64,000 nt of DNA from an uncultured Candidatus Rokubacteria bacterium (lineage in GTDB: Bacteria > Methylomirabilota > Methylomirabilia > Rokubacteriales > DASRDR01): NCBI GenBank assembly GCA_963826115.1, contig CAWGVS010000005.1, forward strand, positions 1-64,000. Reading direction: 5' to 3'. A program made the position numbers and the translations under genes. The stretch's first letter is position 1, and each line of letters opens with the position of its first letter. This document shows positions 57,496 through 64,000 of this stretch, piece after piece. A model generated the notes under the pieces. The model was given only the letters and a program-made list of their open reading frames with translations, had not been told where the DNA came from and did not search any database.

Positions 57496-58172
57496 CGGAC
57501 CCCGCCGTCGAGGACGCGGAGCGCCGCGTCGAGCGCCGCCTGGTTGCTGGTGATCACGGGCACGCCGGTCGCCGCCGCGATCGCGTCGCGCGCCTCGAGC
57601 GCCCGGAACGTGCAGCAGGCGACGAAGACCGCGTCGGCCGGCCCGCGACGGAAGGTCTCCAGCGCGAACCGCGCGATCGCCTCCGGCGGCACCGCGGCGA
57701 TCTCGAGGCTGTCGGTGAGCCCGAGACCCGCGGCGGCCGTCACGCGGAGGCCGTCGGCCTCGAGACCCGCCCGGACCGGGCCGGTCAGCGTGTCGGGATA
57801 GGGCGTCACGACCGCCACCGAGCGGACGCCGAGGCGACCGAGCTCCGCGCGCACCGCGTCCATGGTGCTGACGACCGGCGCGCCGGCCGCGTCCCCGATC
57901 TCGCCGCACAGCCGCGCCTCGTAGTCCCGCCCGCGGAGCGCGCCCGCCGACGTGCAGGAGAAGACGACGACGTCGGGCCGGATGGTGGCGAGGTCCCGGG
58001 CGGCGGGCATGACGTGGTCGTCGAGCATCCGGACCTCGTCCGCCTCGGTCGTCGCGGGCAGGCGCATGCGCGCCGAGTGCACGGTCACGTGGGGCGGGAC
58101 GCGGCGGTAGAAGTCCACCTCCTGCACCGTGCCGGACGAGGGGAGGAGGAGGCCCAGCCGTCGCGCCCTCAC
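57492..58172 (-). CDS. Asp/Glu racemase - maleate cis-trans isomerase family protein
   Basis: GLLLPSSGTVQE.DF, HSARM, FSCTS, VVTPY, DAVFVACC, PVITSNQA. Confidence 0.88.
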   Translation of the reverse strand: MRARRLGLLLPSSGTVQEVDFYRRVPPHVTVHSARMRLPATTEADEVRMLDDHVMPAARDLATIRPDVVVFSCTSAGALRGRDYEARLCGEIGDAAGAPVVSTMDAVRAELGRLGVRSVAVVTPYPDTLTGPVRAGLEADGLRVTAAAGLGLTDSLEIAAVPPEAIARFALETFRRGPADAVFVACCTFRALEARDAIAAATGVPVITSNQAALDAALRVLDGGVR

Positions 58173-59149
58173 GGCCGGGGGGACAGCGCCCGCGCGTACT
58201 CCGGCGGGCGGGCGCGCAGGAGGGCCCGGCAGCGGCACGCGGCAGGCTCGTCGAGCCGGTCGAGGAGCGCGAGCTCGAGCGCGGCCGCGACGCGCGGGAG
58301 CGTCTCCATGTAGAGCCGGTCGAGCGTGATCGTCGGATCCTCGGGCTCGAGGCCGGTGCCCCAGTTGGCGACCACGTGGTAGTAGGCGAGGTGCATGCCG
58401 CAGACGCGGGCCAGCACCGGGCTCACGCAATCGCCGGTGATGACCGGCATCCCGGTCAGGCGGCCGTAGAGCTCGAGCTCGCGGCAGGTGGCGAGCGATT
58501 CGAAGCCGTTGCCGGCGAGCCAGCGATTCAGCACGGCGCCCGCCTCCGGGCCGTGGACGCGCCGGAAGCGGAAGCCCGGCACCTGCTGGGCCTCCGCGCG
58601 GATCGCCTCCGCGAGCGGGGGGCAGAACGGGTCGTCCATGATGGCGACCTGGCGCGGCAGGCAGAACTCGAGCTCGGTGCCGGGGAGGCCGGTCGGCATC
58701 GTGTCGCGCGCGAGGTAGCTCCGCGGCAGCACGAGATCCCCGGGCCGCACGGCTTCCTCGTCGCGCACGGCGCGGCGCCAGTCGCAGCTCCCGCTGGTCC
58801 CGCCCACCAGGAGGATCCGCACGCCGGCCCGCCAGAGGATCCAGAACGTCTTCCACTCGCTCCCGTGGAGGAGCGGGTCCTCGTCGACGACCTGCCCGTA
58901 GGTCGGGATGCGGAGGAACGCGCGGCCGGACGGCGTCCGGTAGTGCTCGACCTGCGGGCCGAGGCCGTAGGGGGTGGGCGGCCGGTGCACCCCGACCCGC
59001 GTGTGGCCGTGGGCGGCGGCGAGCTCGTGGAAGCGGTCCCCGAGACCCCACGTGGGGCTGCCGCCGAGCGTCGCGATCGCGGCCCGCGGGCCGTCGTACT
59101 GGACCGTCGAATCGAGACCGCAGAGACAGCCGTTGTGACCGGGGCTCAC
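58169..59149 (-). CDS. Divergent MTAP/purine nucleoside phosphorylase-fold protein
   Basis: LGGS, TPYG, L.RAGV..L....SGS, RPGDLVLP, M.DPFCPPL, FES, LAR..GM, V.NW.TG, C-terminal CRC. Confidence 0.72.
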   Translation of the reverse strand: MSPGHNGCLCGLDSTVQYDGPRAAIATLGGSPTWGLGDRFHELAAAHGHTRVGVHRPPTPYGLGPQVEHYRTPSGRAFLRIPTYGQVVDEDPLLHGSEWKTFWILWRAGVRILLVGGTSGSCDWRRAVRDEEAVRPGDLVLPRSYLARDTMPTGLPGTELEFCLPRQVAIMDDPFCPPLAEAIRAEAQQVPGFRFRRVHGPEAGAVLNRWLAGNGFESLATCRELELYGRLTGMPVITGDCVSPVLARVCGMHLAYYHVVANWGTGLEPEDPTITLDRLYMETLPRVAAALELALLDRLDEPAACRCRALLRARPPEYARALSPRP

Positions 59150-59248
59150 GGGGCGTGCCGGAACGGACCGGGCGGGGTCTCGAGCCTCACGCGCTAAAGC
59201 GTGGTGGGCAGGCGGGGAGAAGTCAACCCCGGCGAGCGGCGGCGCGAT

Positions 59249-59449
59249 CTACGCGGGCGCCGTCCCGCCGTGGCCGTTCTCCGGCGCCACGTCCAGGACC
59301 ACGCCGTGCTCCGCGCAGATGCGGCCGAGCGCGGGGGGCGGCGCGGCGTCGGTGACGAAGTGGTGGATCTCGGAGAGGTGGCCGATGCGCACGGGCGCGG
59401 ATCGCCCGTACTTCGAGCTGTCCGCCACCAGGAGCGCGCGGCGGCTGCG
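59249..59449 (-). pseudogene. glpR: C-terminal remnant of a DeoR/GlpR regulator
   Basis: SRRALLVADSSKYGRSAPVRIGHLSEIHHFVTDAAPPPALGRICAEHGVVLDVA*; HTH and start absent. Confidence 0.78.
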
Positions 59450-59548
59450 TACGTCCACTTCATCTGGCTCGCGCTCCTCGGGCCGCCGCTCTGGGGCGCG
59501 ACCGTCCTGTCGCTGGCCCTGGCCACGAGCGTCTTCCGCTGGGGCTAG
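59447..59548 (+). pseudogene. C-terminal remnant of a DUF2160/GlpU-like small membrane protein
   Basis: AYVHFIWLALLGPPLWGATVLSLALATSVFRWG* resembles the DUF2160 C-terminus as I recall it. Confidence 0.6.
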
Positions 59549-59698
59549 CTGGCCGGGAACGGGCGTCTCGGGCCTGACGTGCGGGGTCACTCCGCCTGCC
59601 GAAGTTTGACAATGGGCGCCTCCGCGGGGGCCGCGGCGCGAGTCGGGTTTTCCCCGTTTTCCCGAGAGCTTGGCCAGCATGTCGGCGGGCGCCACCCG

Positions 59699-59714
59699 TG
59701 GCACGCCGTTCGCA
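59699..59714 (+). promoter_or_regulatory. Putative sigma54 (-24/-12) promoter
   Basis: TGGCACGCCGTTCGCA versus consensus TGGCACG-N4-TTGCW, 22 nt upstream of ATG 59737. Confidence 0.6.
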
Positions 59715-59736
59715 TCCACGCCTACCGAGAACGGCC

Positions 59737-60132
59737 ATGAGCACGTTGCTGCTGGTGAGCGGAGAGCACGGGGCCGAGACGTCCTCGGGGACGACCCGGC
59801 CTGCGCCGCGACGGGGGCCGACCCTCAAAGGGGCGCTGGAGAAGGCCGGCTACGAGGTCGTCCAGGTGGCGGACGGCGCTACCGCGCTGACGCGCGTGGG
59901 CTCGGACCGCCCCGACCTGATCGTGCTCGCGGGCGCCGTGCCCGACATGGAGATCGTCGACCTCTGCGCGGCGCTCCGCCGTGAGCCCTCCGCCGAGAAG
60001 GTGCCGTTCGTCCTGGTCGCCGACGCGGCGGCCCAGACGGGCCGCGCGGCCGCGCGGGCCGGCGCGGACATGGTCTTCCCCGCGACGGTGGGTCCCGCCG
60101 AGATCGCCGACCGCCTGCGCCGGCTCTTCTAG
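59737..60132 (+). CDS. Atypical (pseudo-)receiver domain protein
   Basis: LEKAGYEV..VADG..AL......PDLIVLA..VPDM...LC..LR...KVPFVLV...AGAD; acidic pocket, phospho-Asp and Lys are missing. Confidence 0.8.
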   Translation: MSTLLLVSGEHGAETSSGTTRPAPRRGPTLKGALEKAGYEVVQVADGATALTRVGSDRPDLIVLAGAVPDMEIVDLCAALRREPSAEKVPFVLVADAAAQTGRAAARAGADMVFPATVGPAEIADRLRRLF

Positions 60133-60157
60133 CGGCGGCCGCGCGCCGCGGCCGCCG

Positions 60158-62029
60158 TCACGGATCCCGCGCGGGCGCGGTCCGCGGCGACCCCGCCCAT
60201 TCCATCCATTCGGCCAGCACGACGAGCGTCCAGATGGCGCGCGCGTGGTCGCCCTGGCGCTTCCGGTGCAAGTCGAGGAGGCGCACCGCCGCGTCGGGAT
60301 CGATCCCCGCCATGCGGAGCCGGCCGTCGCCGAGGCGCGCCGCGGCCCACGCGTGGAGCGGGCCCCGGAGCCAGCGCGCCAGCGGGACCGACAGCCCGCG
60401 CTTCTTGCGGCGGACGATCTTCGACGGGAGGTACCGGAGCGCGAAGCGCTTGAGAAAGACCTTCGTCGTCACGCCCCGCACGCGCTCGGCCGCGGGCAGG
60501 GAGGCGGCGAACTCCATGACGGCCTGGTCGAGGTAGGGCGCGCGGAGCTCGAGCGCCGAGCGCATGCTCGCCCGGTCGGCCTTGGTGAGGAGGCCCTCCG
60601 CGAGCGACGTTTCGAGATCGATCCGCTGGAGGACGTCGAGGACCGCGTCGCCCGGCTCGATTCGCTCGTCCGCCGGTTCTTCCTCGAGACCGAGCCGCCG
60701 CAGGAGCTCGGGCGAGACGCTCGACGTCCAGTGCCGGTGTCGCTCCACCGGACCGAGCTCCGCCGCCGCCACGAAGCGCTTCAGCAGGTAGGACAGGGTC
60801 ACCTTCCGGTCGCTCGGCGGCCACCGCTCGACGACGCCGCGGAGGACGCGGCGCATCGGCCGCGGCAGCCGCGCGTAGCGCTCGGCCATGGCGGCGCCGA
60901 CGTAGGTCGGGTACCCGCCGAAGAGCTCGTCGGCGCCCTCGCCGACCAGCGCCAGCTTGACGTCGCGCGCGGCCCGGCGGGCGAGGAGCGCGGTCGGCAC
61001 CCAGGCGGGGTCGGCGAGCGGCTCGCCGACCAGGCGGATCAGCTCCGGCAGACCGTCCTGGAGCGCCTCCGGCGTCACGGCGACCGGCGTCCAGTCGAGC
61101 CCGAGCTGGCGCGCCACCTCCTCGGCGACGCTCCCCTCGTCGTAGGACGTCTCGCGGAACCGCAGCGTGTAGGCGCGGAGCCGCCGATCCGGCGCGAGGT
61201 CCGTGGCGACCGCCGCGACCAGCGACGAGTCGAGCCCGCCGCTCAGGAAGACCCCGCACTCGACCTCGGCGTCGGACTGGCGGCGGATCGCCTCGCGGAA
61301 CACGTCGTCGAACCCCGCCACCGTCGGCGCCCGCCGGCTCGCCGGCCCGATGGACCAGCGCCAGTACCGCCGGCGGGTCACGCCCTCCCGCTCGACGACG
61401 ACGACCTCGCCCGGCGCGACCTTGCGCACCTCGGCGAACGGCGTCTCGGGCGCCGTGAAGTAGCCGAAGCGGACGTAGCGGCCGAGCGCGCGCCGGTCCG
61501 GCGTGAGCTCGAGGGCGGGGTCGACGGCGAGGGCGGAGATCTCGGTGGCGAAGCGCACCACCCCGTCCCGGTGGTGGTAGAAGAGCGGGCGCTCGCCGGC
61601 GCGGTCGCGGGCGAGGACCAGGCGGTCGCGGCGGGGATCCCAGACGGCGATCGCGAACACGCCCGACAGGCGCTCCACGAACGCGTCCCCCAGCTCGAGG
61701 TAGAGCCCGGGGATCACCGCGACGTCGGTCGCGGCGGCGACGGGGCGCCCGCGCGCCTCGAGCCACGACCGGAGGCTCGCGTGGTTGTCGATCTCCCCGT
61801 TGCAGACCGCCACGATGCCGCTCCCCGACTCCACCATCGGCTGCCGGCCGTCGGCGAGACCGCGGATCGCGAGCCGCGTGGCCCCGAGCACGGCCGCGCC
61901 GGCTCCGTGGAGGCCCGAGTCGTCGGGCCCGCGGTGCGCGAGCGCGTCGATCATCGCGCGGACGTGGAGACCGGCCCACGCGGCGTCGAGCCCGACGCCG
62001 GGAGCCGCGATGCCGCAGACGCCGCACAT
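60158..62029 (-). CDS. asnB: Asparagine synthase (glutamine-hydrolysing) family amidotransferase
   Basis: MCG, HRGPD, RLAI, QPM, NGEI.N, ARDR.G.RPL.Y, LSGGLDSS, GEGADELFGGY, K.DR.SM...ELRAPYLD, RKKRG. Confidence 0.93.
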   Translation of the reverse strand: MCGVCGIAAPGVGLDAAWAGLHVRAMIDALAHRGPDDSGLHGAGAAVLGATRLAIRGLADGRQPMVESGSGIVAVCNGEIDNHASLRSWLEARGRPVAAATDVAVIPGLYLELGDAFVERLSGVFAIAVWDPRRDRLVLARDRAGERPLFYHHRDGVVRFATEISALAVDPALELTPDRRALGRYVRFGYFTAPETPFAEVRKVAPGEVVVVEREGVTRRRYWRWSIGPASRRAPTVAGFDDVFREAIRRQSDAEVECGVFLSGGLDSSLVAAVATDLAPDRRLRAYTLRFRETSYDEGSVAEEVARQLGLDWTPVAVTPEALQDGLPELIRLVGEPLADPAWVPTALLARRAARDVKLALVGEGADELFGGYPTYVGAAMAERYARLPRPMRRVLRGVVERWPPSDRKVTLSYLLKRFVAAAELGPVERHRHWTSSVSPELLRRLGLEEEPADERIEPGDAVLDVLQRIDLETSLAEGLLTKADRASMRSALELRAPYLDQAVMEFAASLPAAERVRGVTTKVFLKRFALRYLPSKIVRRKKRGLSVPLARWLRGPLHAWAAARLGDGRLRMAGIDPDAAVRLLDLHRKRQGDHARAIWTLVVLAEWMEWAGSPRTAPARDP

Positions 62030-62030
62030 C

Positions 62031-63749
62031 CTAGGGCCGTGCCGCCGGCGGGACGAGGGCGCCCCACCAGCCGGGGCGGAGCTCGACCACGGGGACGCCG
62101 CGCGCCCGGCCGATCTCGTCGAGGAGCGCCTTCGCGTGGTCCCTGGTCACGACGTACACGGGGACGGTCTGCCGGGCCAGCCACGGGCCGCGGTCGTCCA
62201 GGCGGACCAGGATGGCGGGCCAGTTGCGGTCGTGCTTCAGGCGATAGCGCACGTAGTTGCTGGTCAGGCCGCCCCGGCCGCGCTGGGTGATGTAGGTCAC
62301 CGGCTGGCCCACGTAGTACGGCAGCCCCACCGCGAAGCATTCGAGGCAGGCCACGATCGTGCCGGGCGGCCGCGGGTCGAGCGCGCGCGCGAGGGCGCGC
62401 GACGAGCTCGCCTCCGCGTAGCGGGCCGCGGTGCCGAAGCCCACCGCCAGGAAGAGGACGGCGGGGAGGACGAACACGCCGAGGGCGAGCCGCGGGTCGC
62501 GCCAGAGCCGCACGGCGAACGCCATGATGGCGATGCCCCCCAGGGCCGCGACCAGGACCCCGATGTCCGGCTGAAGGCGCCCGAACTCGTTGCTCTCGAA
62601 GTCGAGCAGGTCCTGCAGGCGGTCCGGCCCGGCGAGGTTGAGCGACAGCGCGCCGGCGGCGACCGCGCTGAGGAGCGCCAGGCCCACGCTGGCCCGGAGG
62701 ATCAGACGGGTCGCCCGGCCGTCCGGCTGGGTGAGCGCGTGGTCGAAGAGCCGCGCGGTCAGGGCGGCCAGCGCGACGACGCCGGGCAGGATGTAGCCGG
62801 GCCGCTTGCCCTGCGAGGTCGAGAAGAACGCGACGACGACGACCGCCCACACGATCAGGAAGCGATCGACCGGCGTCCAGCGAGCGCGGTTCCGCCACGC
62901 GGCTACCACTGCCTCCGGCAGGAGCGCGCTCCACGGGAAGAAGACGACGAGGAGGATCGGCCCGTAGTAGTAGAACGGCTCGGTCCGGCGGAGCGTGGCC
63001 GTGGCGTACCGGCGCATGGTCTCCTCGACCAGGCCGTAGTGGACGAACTCGGGGTGCTCCCAGACGAGGGCGACGAACCACGGAAGGACGATGGCGAGGA
63101 ACAGAAGGACGTTCACGGGCGCCAGCATCCGGAGGATCGCCCGCGGCCGCCGCTCCACGAGGTGAAGGACCGCGAGGACGACCGCCGGCACCAGGAACCC
63201 CACCGGCCCCTTGATCAGCGTGGCGACGCCGCTCGCGGCGGCGCCGACCAGGAGCCATCGTCGCCGCGAGGCCCCGTCCTCCTCGGCGAGGTACCCCGCC
63301 AGGATGGCGCCGCACACGAACAGCGCGAGCTGCATGTCGAAGATCACCAGCCGCGCGAACCCGACCACGAGCGGCGTGGTCCCGAGGACGAGCACCGTCA
63401 GCGCTGCGACCCGCTCGCCGTACGCCCGCCGGCAGAAGAGGAACATCATGATCGCGAGCGCGGCGGCGCTGACCGCGGAGGGCAGGCGAGCCGTGGCCTC
63501 GGAGCGTCCGAAGGCGCCGAACGAGAGCGCCACCGCCCGGAAGTAGAACGCCGGCTTGTCCAGATAGGGGATCGCGTTGAACGTGGGCACCACCCAGGCG
63601 CCCGACTCCGCCATCTCGCGCGCGACCTCGGCGTTCCGGCCCTCGTCGGGGTCGATCAGCGGTAGCTCGCCCAGGCGGCCGAAGAACATGAACGCCGCCA
63701 CCAGGAACGCCGCCCCGGTGAGGACCCGAGGCTGCCATCTCCGCATCAA
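62031..63749 (-). CDS. ArnT/PMT-like GT-C glycosyltransferase
   Basis: DPDEGRNAEVAREM, YLDKPAFYF, ARLPSA, IFDM, KGPVG, GKRPGYILP. Confidence 0.92.
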   Translation of the reverse strand: MMRRWQPRVLTGAAFLVAAFMFFGRLGELPLIDPDEGRNAEVAREMAESGAWVVPTFNAIPYLDKPAFYFRAVALSFGAFGRSEATARLPSAVSAAALAIMMFLFCRRAYGERVAALTVLVLGTTPLVVGFARLVIFDMQLALFVCGAILAGYLAEEDGASRRRWLLVGAAASGVATLIKGPVGFLVPAVVLAVLHLVERRPRAILRMLAPVNVLLFLAIVLPWFVALVWEHPEFVHYGLVEETMRRYATATLRRTEPFYYYGPILLVVFFPWSALLPEAVVAAWRNRARWTPVDRFLIVWAVVVVAFFSTSQGKRPGYILPGVVALAALTARLFDHALTQPDGRATRLILRASVGLALLSAVAAGALSLNLAGPDRLQDLLDFESNEFGRLQPDIGVLVAALGGIAIMAFAVRLWRDPRLALGVFVLPAVLFLAVGFGTAARYAEASSSRALARALDPRPPGTIVACLECFAVGLPYYVGQPVTYITQRGRGGLTSNYVRYRLKHDRNWPAILVRLDDRGPWLARQTVPVYVVTRDHAKALLDEIGRARGVPVVELRPGWWGALVPPAARP

Positions 63750-63860
63750 GACCCTCGCCTTCTTTCCAGGAGGAGTCGCCGGCGGCGGCGCGGCGACGAC
63801 CTGCGCCCCGTTCCGCGAGCGAGCGGGCGCGTCAATTCGGAAGGGGACCTGGCGAGCGTC

Positions 63861-64000
63861 CTAGGCCGGAGGCGCGCGGGAGCCGAGGGGGTCGCGCGCA
63901 ACGTTCGGGGGGCCGGCGACGTCGGCGGAGGCGAGGCGCTCCCCCGGCGCCGACACGATGAGCCGGAGCTCGCTTCCCGTGGCCGGCACGTCGGCCCACT
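63861..64000 (-). CDS. 3' end of a CDS truncated by the window edge
   Basis: Open frame WADVPATGSELRLIVSAPGERLASADVAGPPNVARDPLGSRAPPA* ending in TAG at 63861. Confidence 0.45.
   Translation of the reverse strand, partial: WADVPATGSELRLIVSAPGERLASADVAGPPNVARDPLGSRAPPA

Noticed and set aside
33805-62029. Lasso peptide cluster (nucleotidyltransferases plus AsnB-like cyclase)
   Set aside because: The AsnB has an intact MCG glutaminase domain, lies ~24 kb away beside a GT-C, and no precursor, B2 peptidase or PqqD/RRE is visible.

Overview
Very GC-rich, gene-dense bacterial chromosomal segment. The gene repertoire (multi-GAF kinase with [20 protein letters not shown] linkers, ABC_sub_bind binding proteins, liv-type ABC transporter, LLM oxidoreductases, several GT-C/ArnT glycosyltransferases) resembles Candidatus Rokubacteria/Methylomirabilota; this is inference. 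About 65 protein-coding genes are present: a two-component/cyclase operon, a diguanylate cyclase, transporters, catabolic enzymes, a DAHP synthase, panE, asnB and four ArnT-like transferases. Many genes carry single-base frameshifts, most likely long-read or polishing errors. I saw no rRNA, tRNA, CRISPR array, transposase or prophage. The most notable non-routine signals are: a dispersed ~31-bp palindromic REP-like repeat family (6 copies at 3 loci); a glpR/glpU deletion scar; a coupled DUF5674 two-gene module; an operon built around a highly divergent nucleoside-phosphorylase fold plus a two-cysteine racemase; and several enzymes with altered catalytic motifs. No single new system is demonstrated. 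Family assignments come from motif recognition, not from database searches.
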